Source: Blasia pusilla
Lineage: Eukaryota
Reading direction: 5' to 3'
Assembly (NCBI GenBank): GCA_050084515.1
Contig: CM114271.1
Location: 39,618,001 to 39,682,000, forward strand
Length of the DNA: 64,000 nt
Shown here one piece after another: positions 1-12,119 of this stretch. Below the pieces are notes generated by a model. It was not told the origin of the DNA. It made no database searches and saw nothing but the letters and a program-made list of their open reading frames with translations. Each line of letters opens with the position of its first letter. The stretch's first letter is position 1. A program made the translations under genes and the position numbers.

Positions 1-870
1 TTGATAAGACTCTTGGAAATACTGCAGAAAGTGGTGAAGGAATTTAGGAACGTCTTGAAGAAGGAGCTTCCGAATAAATTACCACCAATTAGGGAAGTCA
101 CTCATAAGATTGAGGTGATACCAAGGTCTCAACCGCCCTCAAAGGCTCTGTATAAGCTCAATCAAGTTGAGCTTATTGTTGAAGAAGCAATTGGATGAGC
201 TCTTGGAGAGGGGTACATCCACATCCACAAGTCACCTTTTGGCGCATTAGTTCTTTTTGAAAAAAGGAAGGATGGGAGGTTGAGGCTATATTTCAATTAT
301 TGGGTGCTCGACAAAGTGACGATAAAGAATATTTATAGTCTCCTAAGGATATATGAGCTCTTTGATAGGTTGCTAGTTATAGGTGCTAAGTACTTCAGTA
401 GGATTGACCTGAAGTCATGCTATTACCAGATTCGGATAGCGGAAGCTAATATGGAGAATATTGCATGCCGAAAAAAGATACGATTTGTTCAAATTTTTAG
501 TGATATCTTTTAGTTTGTGTAATGCGCTTTCAACATTCACCACATTGATGAACTCCATCTTTCACGAGGAGATGGATGAGTATGTTATCATCTATATTCA
601 TGACATATTGATCTATATGAAGTCACTAGAGAAGCATGCTTGACACTCGAAGGCGATGTTGTTAACACTTGTTAAGAGCAAACAAGTTGTACGAGAATGT
701 GGAAAAGAGTGAATTTGGTTTGAGCAAGATAAAGCTTATGGATCATGTGGTTAGTGCATTTGGAATCAGTCAACATATGGATAGAGTCAAAGACATTGCT
801 AATTAGAAACCTCCCTCCACTATGAAGGGGAAGAGAAGGTTCATTGGATCTATCCAATTTTACCATGTCT
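1..870 (+). pseudogene. Degenerate Ty3/Gypsy pol fragment (reverse transcriptase), 5' truncated by window edge
   Basis: Frameshifted RT motifs: LPNKLPPIREVTHKIEVIP, YFSRIDLKSCYYQIRI, FSLCNALSTFTTLMNSIF, and IIYIHDILIY (decayed YIDD). Confidence 0.85.
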
Positions 871-1449
871 ATATATATAAGGAAATTTACAGGAATATAT
901 AATGAGATCTTTTACACATTGGACCACAAAGTTTTCCAACATGACCATGACCCACGTAGAGGGTCATGAGAGATAATCTAACTTTTAAAAGTCTAGGAGG
1001 TTGAAAGCTTGAGAAGTACATTAAGTAAAGTCAATAAAGCTTTGAACATAATACGTATATTGCGAATGGCTACCTCTTTGACGTCTATATTGGTAGAGAC
1101 ATGAGAATCCAATCATGATTGCAGGTCAAAGGCCTACTTTTGACCCATGAACATAGGATGAACCTTATTGGTATCACTAAGATGGAACCAAGACTGAATT
1201 GTTGCAAGACTAGGGAAGCAAAAAGTCATGAGACAAGTCTAACGTTAGCCATTGGAAGTAAGGCCGTAGAGATCCACCAAAGTGAGATTAAGATGAGCAC
1301 AAAATCTTGAGACCAAAGGCTAGCAAACCAAGATTCATGCTAAGACTAGACAAGATGACCACTTGCTTCAAGGCAAGTCTCAAGAGGAAAGATGCAAAAG
1401 CACTCACGAGAACTAAGGATGAGTTAATATGGGTAAGAAATTAAGTCTT

Positions 1450-2830
1450 GAGGTTAGTTCTTGGTTGAGGCCACTTGGCTTGGGAATGGGATCATTCAAG
1501 ATGGATGATGGTGTTGTAAGACTAGCTATAAAACATGAATGGCAACAAGATGTGCTGCAAGACGCGAAATCATAAGTAGATAATGATGGTTAGTTATAAG
1601 ATGTACATAACATAAGCCAAGAAGCCACCAAGATCCTATGGAATAAAGATGTTGTGTTAAAAACTAGGAGACTTACACAAGTCATCTTGGGATCATTTCG
1701 TAACTGAAACCGATTCCAATACTTATTGAATAGCACTTTGCCCCGTCTGGCAGAGAAGGGATTTTGTGATAAATCATAAAAAATGTTAGACTCAAGATGC
1801 ATTTGGGATGAATAAGGTGGTGTTGGAAAGCTTAGGAGAAGAAAATTCCCAACGCACTAAAGATCTAGAAAAACTCATTAGTAGAGATTGAGAAACCACC
1901 CCTGAACTATCAAAATGATAGTTGCGTTAAGGGCCACAATTAAGGAACAGCCTAAGAGGAATTTTCCAAAGGTTGGGAGGGGTGGAAATACATAGAACTG
2001 TATATAAGGGGAAGGGTCTCCAAGGGAGTATGGGATTTGAAGCCTACCTTGGGAATCGTGGGGGTGAATCAAGGGCACATGATGGATCAAGAGGTTGGCT
2101 TTGGGATACGGACTCCAAGCCAAGTCCAAGGGGATTAAATATGGGTATAAACCTTGGACCTTGATTCGTGACTCAGATATTGGGCATGGCTAGAGATTTT
2201 TTAGGTCCATTAGGCAGTTGGGACTACCAAGTCCACTTACGCCAGTTTAGGTTTGTGGTGTATCAAGGAAGTCTATCCCGAGTCTTGAAAGACTTGCTTG
2301 TGTGGTGGAGTGAGGGATTAGGATGGATCTAACCTCGCTTAGATTTATTGAGCTTGAAGAATAGTATGAGTCTAGGACTTGGGAGGTGTGAGATTGGTTG
2401 ATCCAAATAGTCACTAGCATGAGTGTGCTTGCGTGTAGATCATTAAGGAGAGCGTGACCTACTGAACATATGCTTCCATAATACTTGAGATTGATGTTCA
2501 AGAGGAGAAGATGCACGACACATTTTGGGAGCCGGGAGTTGCTTAAGCTGCAAGAAGCCTTTGCCAAGTCATCTTGATGGATAACTAGTCAAACATTAGC
2601 TCGCGCGTGGAGAACAATGTTTGAGTTGAGAGCCAAAATCAAGGGCTCGAGGGGAATAATGGAGAAGGTGGGATTCCCCCAAAGAACCCAAAAGTACCTA
2701 CAGGGAGGGACATTCTCCCTCTCTACCCACTCAAGCCCTTGAACTAGGAACTAACCTTGATGTATGTTTGGCCGTGTTTTAAGTTTGAGTTAAGGGACGT
2801 ACCTTGAGAAATTAATTGACACGCTCCAAT
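1450..2830 (+). repeat. Diverged LTR-derived sequence related to the solo LTR at 13342-14368
   Basis: Shares motifs such as GAAAGCTTA...CCAACGCACTAAAGATCT (about 1826-1866 vs 13694-13733). Boundaries are approximate. Confidence 0.35.
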
Positions 2831-4049
2831 TTATGCCATCAACTTGGGAGATTGGTCAAGGATTGGGGAAGAGGCCTTTTAGGGACACGCTATAAATGCA
2901 CTTGGGAAGACTTGATCCAATCAACCCTTTGAGGCTTCTTGGCTACCTAAAAACCATACGATTGGTTGAGTATTTGGGGCTTAATCTAAGTGTTTCACTT
3001 GCAAATTTCAAGGTTGGGAGTGCTCCAAGTTGAAGCTAGGTGAAGTAAAGAGCGAACTCTATGAAAATATTCAATGCAAAATTCCTTGACACTCTAAATC
3101 GACATTCAAACTAGGCAATAGTTGCATGATGCATATGGCCTTATTTATTTATCTACGCTATATGGTATTTGGGCTACTAATCTTATCCCTCGCAAGAAGA
3201 GATATGGCAAAGGAAGTTTCCACCAAGAAGTCAAATTTGTATTTATTTTGATGAGATTATTTTATTATTATTAAATAACATAATACAAGCAAAAAACATT
3301 TCAGAAAGTAACAAAATCCCATTTCTAATAGTCAAAAAATTTCCCTATTATCTCCTTTGGGGTATATCCATGGGTCCCTCCTTCGAGCTATGGAAAATCG
3401 TCAAAGCTCAAGTCCTTACGAGTAGCCTTGTTTTCTTTTTGGTCCATTTGACCTTCCCTACCTCCATAGATTTTCTCATAGTATCTTGAGTAGATATAGC
3501 TTCATTTAAATATGTTCTTTTTGTCTTGTCTTACTTAACTTACATTTACTTCTATTTATCCGCCCTTTGGTACGGCCTGTAAAGATGCCACATGAAATAA
3601 ATACCTCTCAACAATGGCTCCACATTGTTGTCTCAGATTTTTCAATGTTGAATCCATCTAGCTCCATAATATGGACATGCCTTGGATTTTGGTGGCACAC
3701 CCCATAGCCTTGGTAGCCCTCTGGTGACAATTGTCATATTCTTTTGCTTACCATTGCACGTGCACACACTATTTTTTCTTGTGCAAGCTAGTGCAAGTTA
3801 ACTAAATTCTTGCATGACCATAGTAGTGTTGGCTCCATGAAGCTAAAATTTTTGTATTGCCATCAATCAATTTCCTTTGATGGTAGAATCTACCGTTCCA
3901 TTATCTTGTCACCTTATGGCTTTGCGAGTTTGGCTTACAGACTTGGCTATCATATCAATCCTAGAACCCTAACATGGTTTGAAGAACCAAAGGCATATCA
4001 AGTGAGGAGTTCCATTCATGCCGATATTGGAGGACTTCTTGGCGAAGCA

Positions 4050-4590
4050 ATTGTAGGACTATAGAGAGGCTTCCACGTTGTCAGAACACAATTGACTTTG
4101 CTACAAACAACAAGCTGATGATAGGCAAGATCTCAGCTTTGAAGTTGGGAATCTTGTTTGGCTAAGACTAAGGTCCCACCAATTACCTTCAAGTATCCCT
4201 AGGAAGATGACGCCAAGATATGGGAGACCCTTTGAGATACTCAAAAGATTAAGGAGGTGTAGTAGCGATTGAGTTTTTTCTTTGTAGATGAGGCAAGTTC
4301 ATGATGTGTTCCATGTTTGTGAACTAAAGGCATTCATGGACAATCAAGACCCTACTTGGACAAGACTGCTACCATCCGATCCGATCAAAGTAAAAGACCA
4401 AGAGGAGTTCAAAGTCAAGACTATACTAGAAAACCGTGGAGTAAAGAGAGGAAGGAGATTAGTAAACGAGTACTTAGTGTCATAGAAAGGTTATGATTTA
4501 TGCTCAAGAACATGGGAACGTGAAGGTAATCTAACTCGTGTTGGGGAACTTCTAGAGGAATTTAGAAGTAGGAAATCAGAGGGAAGGTAG
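4050..4590 (+). pseudogene. Chromovirus (Gypsy) integrase C-terminus with chromodomain
   Basis: FEVGNLVWL...PRYGRPFEILK (GPF motif), VHDVFHVCELK, then chromodomain EEFKVKTILENR...EYLVS*KGY...TWEREGNL. Confidence 0.85.
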
Positions 4591-4632
4591 CTAGATGGTT
4601 AGACTAGAGTTTGCCGCATAGCTTGAGCGTAG

Positions 4633-5660
4633 TGTCATGGTTTGTAAAATTTCCATTGGTTGTATTTTTCTTTGGAAAATGACATTCACGGTATGCAAAA
4701 ACTTGGAAATTCCAAGAACCCAATAAAGTGTCCAAATTTTGTTTCCAATGAGTAATGAGTTTTGAAGTTTTTCATCGAGATATATGTACTTGTAAATGGA
4801 GCACGACTTGTATATGTTGTGGCATCATGAGATTAAGTGGGTGAGCTTGACATATACTTAGTATGACCTAACATGCTAGGTAAGATTAGTTTGGCATAAC
4901 CTAAGGCATTGGGGAATTCAACCTAAGGATTACCTATGGTGTCCTGTCAATCAGTCGCAAGACTAAAGCTAGGCGAGATGCGCACGTATCTTGTGACTAG
5001 CCTTAGGTGAGAAAGGGGCGTAGCTACCTGCGAGGATAAAGCCAAGGAAAGCAAGGTTTGAGACCTAAGAGCCAAGTGCCAAGTCAAAGGCAAGAAGCAA
5101 GGAACACATGAGTAGTTAAGATAGGCGAGACGCCATAAGACTAATCACAAAAAGCAAAGGCGGTAAGACAACCATATGCATGAGGCACCAAATCAAATGA
5201 GGAGTCAAGATGGGCGCTAACCACGAGACATACTAAACATGGGTCCAAGCTCCAAGATGCATTTTTTTGCGATCCTCATAGCCAAATGAGCGTCGATCAG
5301 CTAGAACGCTAGTGGGCTCACACAAGCCTTGTTGGGAACATGAAGTAATGATGGTCGTAACCTGATTGAACAAAACCAACCCATGAGAGCTAGGCGCAAA
5401 GGGAATTGGAACTTGATTAAGCATTTGGGGATTCTCCTCGTTTGCCCGCCCCCCTTCCTCCTTTTCTGCTATTTGTCCATGTCTCTTCCTGCTCACTTCT
5501 TTTACATCCACCACTACAACCGATTCTTTCCAATTCCTACCAAACTTAACATGTTTAAGAGGGTGGAACCCCTCTCTTACATTTTTTGGGCATTAGAAAT
5601 CTTGCTTAATATTGGCCTATGGGAAATAACACTTAGAGGAATGATACCATTTGTGTGACA
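4633..5660 (+). repeat. Probable 3' LTR of the chromovirus
   Basis: Begins TGTCA about 40 bp after the chromodomain stop and ends TGACA at 5660. The partner LTR is not in the window. Confidence 0.55.
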
Positions 5661-6359
5661 TACAACTATCTCTTTGATTCTACGTCACATGCGGGGAGTT
5701 GGTCTCATGACCCAATCCAGGTCTTCCACTCGCAAGGCTCAAGGTATAAGTCTCTTTGTAAGTCCAACGGAGAGGAGCACAAAATAAACTCTGAGAAAAC
5801 ATGGAAATATCCATAAGTTGGAAATAAAAAAATGTGATGATATGAGGGATTTTATCCCCATTTCACTTCTATCACTGCTAACAATTTAGGTATCGATGCG
5901 GCTCCATTACCGGTCCATTTTTCCCAAGAGTAGCAACTTTAAGTCCACATCATGCAAACATATTGCGGCTCCACATAGCTTTTTGAGTCATCATTGGGTT
6001 GTGAAGTAAGAAAGCTGCTTCGCCATTGTGAATGTGGTGACTTGCATTAAGCTTGCAGCTCACTCATAAACATGATAACAATTTAGACTTACAAATAAAA
6101 ACTTCTAAGACAAACACTTTGTGATAGTGGGGACCCGCATTAGAGGCATCCAAGACTTGCAACTTTTGAGTCGCTTGCAAGTTTTGAAACTAGTACGTAG
6201 TTGTTTGGGAGTCCCTAAATCAAAACTTCTAGCATAAATTGCCCTTTTACCACCAAACCACTCAATTTCCTCCTAAATTTTTGAGACTTTGCTACTTACC
6301 TTGCAACCAGTAAGAATGTGAAAAAGGACTTCCCACAACTAAATGCACCTTTTAGGAGC

Positions 6360-8260
6360 GCTAGTCCAAATTTAAGATGATCAATTTAACAAAGAGAAGG
6401 GTTTGATCTAGATTCAATATGTTAATATCAAGCTCATACTTCCGACTTTCTACAGATTCGTCACATATTTCTTTAGATGGATTTGGATTACTTAGCATAA
6501 TATTATGGTCCAGATCTAGCTCAAGTTGAAGGATATTGGTAACCTTGGCCATTATTTCAGCTTCATGAACTTGACTCTAGAGATTGCGCAGAGTATGTGA
6601 TTTTATAAGGTCATGGATATTGTTCATATTTGTAATAATCCCTTGGTGAACGCTGCAAGTAGGTTCCTATAGGTTTCTAAGATGATACTATGGCTTCCTC
6701 TGAACAAAAGGTAATGCACTCAAGAAGAACTAAGTGGAAGAACTCATTCCATTGATGCAGAGGATGGAATCCAATAAATATAACAATACGACATGTTTTG
6801 CGTGTCATGTTACCTAAATTGTCTAAGCCACTGGTATTTGCATTTAGTCTAGTTAGATAGCACTTGAGCAATTCATGCTTGGACCAATAAGAGATAAATG
6901 GCAAGTCCTCAAGGATGACAGACCTATTTGAGTACGATATGATGAGATGAGTGGATGGGATGGAAGCATTATTTTATAGGTACATTCTCCTAATCAAAGG
7001 GTTAAAATCAACATACTTAGCAACTTAAGAAATGTAAATTGTGGATTTTTTTAGTAGTGAGAGCAATTTTTATGGAAAATATGGATTTGTTCAAGACAAC
7101 GTCGAAAACTAAATCTAATTTTATCTTATCTAATCCATCAAGACCAAGGCACTTAGAAAACTCTATATCAATATTTAATGACCTTGTTTGAAGGCATATT
7201 TTGGTTGGTAGAATGACCAATCGATATTAGCATCCCTTTGAACATTCACATGAGCACCCCAAAATAGCAAGAAAAGGGCATGATAGGGGATTACATTGTG
7301 GTGCTCTATTGACGACACGTAGTAATTCCACTTAATTGTAACAAGATCAATTAATGGTTGAGGATTAATGTTTAGATTCACAAGGAAACCAAGCCACCAG
7401 TATGAATGTTGTGACTTCTTTCTTATAATACAAATTCCCTCCTTGCACTTATGAAGCTCATATGGAAGGGTCGTGCATGCTTGTTTGGAGTGTCACACCA
7501 ATTGAAGTTAGGATTAAAGCTTGTAACTATATATCAAATATCAACAATCTCAAGCTAGTATGTGGTTGAGACTTAACTTCATTCCATATTAGGGTATGGA
7601 GTAAGTGAGGCATTCCCTATTTGTTCACAATAGCTTTCAAATCCTTGAGATGACGTCTATGCCATGCATGGCTACCTAGAATCTATTGGCTAATTGAGTA
7701 TTTTGGTATATGGTGATGGAAGTCTTAATCACTCACGGAGAGTTTATCTTTCTTGAGACAATCTAAATCTTTATTGAGCACAAAAGCTCTTGATGTTGAG
7801 CAAAGTGATATAGATTGACGTACTTGATGCATAGGCAATGGGTATGGTTTGTGGAATGAGAATACACTAAACAACTAGCAATTCTTGATTTGCACGTAAT
7901 TTGAGAATGTAGATCTACTAGCAAAATACCCACAATAAAAAGGAAAAAATAATAGGAATGAGGTGGTTTCTATGGTTAAGTGCAAGTCAAGGAAAGTAGT
8001 AGATACATCTATTAGTAGGCTTTCACAAGAAGAGATATTTGAACGTAAGGAAATGCTCTTGTTGTCAAAGATATCAGTAGATGTCCTTTGAATTGGCAAA
8101 TAATAGACTACATCTTGGAGGAAGTTCACATCATGGTGGTAAGGGTTATGATTCATACTATGGGTATCTTGCCCTTTATCTCGGGAAGATTTTATTGTAG
8201 TGTAGACCAATGATATATGAAGTACAACTACTTTGGGTGAAGGACATGGCAACTTTATTA
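6360..8260 (-). pseudogene. Highly degenerate Gypsy gag-pol remnant
   Basis: Scattered minus-strand remnants resembling protease (FLGSHAW ~ LLGRPW) and integrase C-terminus (LLKCYL, KLK..., KYELDI). Many stops. Confidence 0.45.
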
Positions 8261-9299
8261 CGGCCCCTACATGTATCCTTCATTTTGCTTCTCGACTAGG
8301 TAGGCTATTTCGGTTTCTGTAATTTTTGTATATCGTAGATGAAAATTTTGGGTGTCTCCATGTAACGCAATTTGTGTAAATTAATTTTTTGTGATTAATA
8401 ATTCATCCCACAACTCCCCCTCCCTTGTGTTCTCAACTTCCCTTCACGCATATTATATGGTATACATAACTAGTGGTTTGTATTTCCGTCTTTCCCTATC
8501 CGTCCTATCCTCTGATGTGAGGCAATTTTTTCTCTCGTTCCAAAACTTCCCCTGCCTCGTAAAAAAACTAATGTACTTGGTATACAAACTGGTGGTTTTT
8601 ATGAACTACAAATTTTTTCTCTCCCGCCCTTACTAAAGGGTCGCATATTGGTGAAAGGTTTTAAATCCTTATATAGTAGGTTCACTTGAAGATTAATTAT
8701 GGGAAATTATTGTGTAGTTAGTGGAAAATTTATTCTCAACTACACTATTATGAAGGTTAAAACCAATGAAAGGGGAATCCAAAAGTGACATTAATAAGAA
8801 GAACCTATCATGAAACCGATTGAATTTCTTTTCTACCCATATCCTAGTGATTTATATAAAGTAACATTCAAATATATCCATGGTTCATTTGCTATGCAAA
8901 GATTGCATGAATGAACTGCCATATCTAGGATAATACACAGTCTTTGAGAAAACCATAGCATGAAGCATATAATGGATAAGATTCATTCTCAAGAACATAC
9001 ATTTTGGAGTGTGAGTCATATTATAGTATGTAACAAATGTTTGGAGAGACTAGCCTTAAAACCAATCATTGCTTCCTCCCTCATTTGAAGCCTTCTCGCC
9101 AATACGGGAAAAACGTAAGCACAATTTCCTTCTTCATCAAGGTTGATTCTCATTTTGTTCAAATGTTTAAAAATAAAAGAGGAAAAAAAAACCTTTCCTA
9201 TTTAAAAAAAAAAATTTGAAGAAGAAAAATCATTCATAAAGTTTGGTTTCATAGACACAAAATTTGAGTCTAAATTGAGCCAAAAAAAGAGGAGGAAAA

Positions 9300-10080
9300 A
9301 AAGAAGTAATTGTGAGTGCAAAAAACTACTACTTAGATATGCTATTTTGTGAATATTTTGCAATCCTTTTGCGAGTGGTTTGCGAGTGAGTCACAAGTCA
9401 ATTTTTGCAAGTTATTTGCGACTACTTGCAATCATCCACAAGTGACTCGCAAAGATGGGAGTCATTTGTGAGTATTGTGCGAGTCTGTTGCGATTGAGTT
9501 GCAACTAAACTATGACCAACTTGCAATGTAAGAAAATAATTTTTGTTCAAGTTGTTTTAAAATTAAAAATTGTATTTTAATCATGAGCGAGAGACTCATA
9601 AACTTACGAGTCTATTGCAATTTTCTTCTGACTATACCATAACTCGAAAAGTTGCTCTAAATGTAGTTATGCATAATTAGAGCATCAATTATGTTAAGAC
9701 ATTTGGATAATATATAAGGATTTATGCATAATGTCTTCTTGGTGATTCACCTTGCATACATGGTGAAGATTCTTTTATGTATTTGAGTCACACACTCTAT
9801 ATATTGACTCTATTAGAGACGAGAAGCGCAAGCTCATCGTCTTGCAAGTCTTTCTTTCGTGTTTTGGGAGTTCAAATTTACAAGTCCACTTCTTGTGAGT
9901 GCACTCTATTTTGTGATAATTTTGAACTTTACGAGTCGCGCAAGATGCAATAGACTTGCAAATGACTGGCATTGAGTTTTGTGAGTATGCCTTGTAAAGT
10001 GCAAGTCAACTTGCAACTTGGGACTCCTATGACTTGCAAAACTCTCTTTTAGGTGCACTCATAGATTACTTACAAACGTA
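9300..10080. repeat. Dispersed repeat rich in TTGCAAGT/GACTCGCAA motifs (probable non-autonomous DNA transposon remnant)
   Basis: Many direct and inverted copies of the motif. A related stretch (ACTACTT..A...ATTTT.TGAATATTTT) recurs at about 20800-21260. Confidence 0.4.
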
Positions 10081-12119
10081 CTTACATCCGACTTGTAAAC
10101 AATAGATCCTTGACCATAACCTCTCGCCTCCAAAACTCTCCATTCTTGCTCCTCCTCCCAACTTTTAGAGAATCCTCTCCTCACTTTTCAACTAGTTTAT
10201 TTCTATCGTGGAGCAAGGTTGCATATGGAAAAAGTTTGTGTCCGAGAACATGACCATGTCTATAGACTTACGTCCTTACTACAACTTGGAAGGACTTGTC
10301 AATGTGCCCTCCATCTTCCCCATCTCCCTCATCCCTCCTATTTGCCTTCGTGATCCGCACTTTATCGTTTCTTTCTCGTCCCACTTCTACTCCCTTTCCC
10401 CTTATTACCCCGCCCACCTACTTGCTCTTGCCTTCCACCATGGACTATAAGTGTGGGCCCTACTTTTTAATCCACGTACATGCATATCTCCAAATTTGTC
10501 CATCCATGTTTGTCCTAGGGATGGACTTAAGCTTGTCTGTTTTTGTGTAACCATATCGTGGAGCTAAGTCTTCAAATTTTTGGGTAAGAAGTTTTTTTTA
10601 TAATATTGAAGGACATTTAGATGAGTGAGGTTTATATTACTATGTTATTTTTTTAAATTATTGGTTATAAACTATAAGAAATAACTAATGACTAAAAAAA
10701 AAGAGGAAAGCCATACTTGAGAAAAAATTGGAGTGAACCAAATCCCCTTTTAATAAGGTTTTTACTATCATGTTTTTTAGGATAGATTAGTGAGATCTAA
10801 TAGAGCGCCTTTAGGAGTAGTGGAGGATAGACTGAGGAGGTTGAGGATGACCTACTGAGGCCCCAAGAAACCTGAGGTTTCCCTTCGTTTCGGCTCATTT
10901 GGAGCAATATTGATGAACTTACGATTTTAGGTAAGTACCAGTTTGAGTATATGGTCAACTTTCTATTTTTGGTAAGTGGCTCTTGACCTTCTACATTAGG
11001 TCAAGATCCAAGGAGGTGACTTGGGAGCATAGGTTACCATGGAGAGAGTTTGGGAGAGGAGAGGGATATACCTCAAGGAGAGAGAGTTTAAGAGCTCATT
11101 CTGTCTTTGTTGAACCTCTTGGTATGAGGCGGCGGAGCTATGGTCTTGCTTGCTTTGTGTGTGTAATCCAGACCTCTCATTAGGAAAGTGGGTTTGGTTT
11201 GACATTGAAAGAGACATGTAAGAGTATACACATTTGAGAGCTATGGTGTTGAGAGAGATTGGATCTTATTTTACAAAGAGAGAATGAGTGAGTGAGAGAG
11301 CTTCACGGGGGAGCTCGCTAGCTGCTTGATGTTTGGTGCGGTTTGGGGGACCATGTTCCCCGCTTCATGGCTCATGGGAGTGCTCACCGGAGCAAGAGCC
11401 GTGCGAGTTTACTGTTTTACTTTGCTGATTTTTTTTGTACGGGAGAGTGGCACGCGGAAGCGCTGCCCAATTTTTGATAGGAATTGAGTATGGGGGCGGA
11501 TTGCTCCATGCAAGTGCTCTCTAGAGCACCATGTAGCTTGCTGATTTTTTTTCTCACACGTTTTACATTTATGTTGTCAAAAATCACCGCGAAAGCGTTG
11601 CTAAATTTTGTGTAGGATAAAGAGACATTGGGCTTTACAACAATACCCGTCAATTTTATTAGAATGTCCGATTCAAAATATTTTTGATATTGTTGTAGAT
11701 CGTGAAGTTGTGCACGATGTGCAATAGACGGTGCACAATTTTCAGTTGTGAGCAAATAATTATGATCAATCTTGCAAAACTGCCATTACTAGGCAATTTT
11801 TAGGGTTAAATTGTTCAAACCCCTAAACCAGCCGCCGCGCATGCGGTGGTCGTCGCCGTCACAGTCACCATCAACGGTCTGCCATCAATAATCAACCATC
11901 ATTGTCAAGAGTCACCATCAATGATCCATCGTCCACCGCCCATCGTTGGCTTCCGTCACCGTCTAGCGCTGCTCGGAGCCGCGTACGACCGTTGTCCACC
12001 TCACATTCGACCGAAGGCGTTGATCCGAGCTCGGCATTGTTATTTGGGATATTGAGTGCGCGTGTTTAGTTTTAGTGATTGAGGGATTACTTGCGAGATT
12101 GAGAATGATCGTGTGAGAG

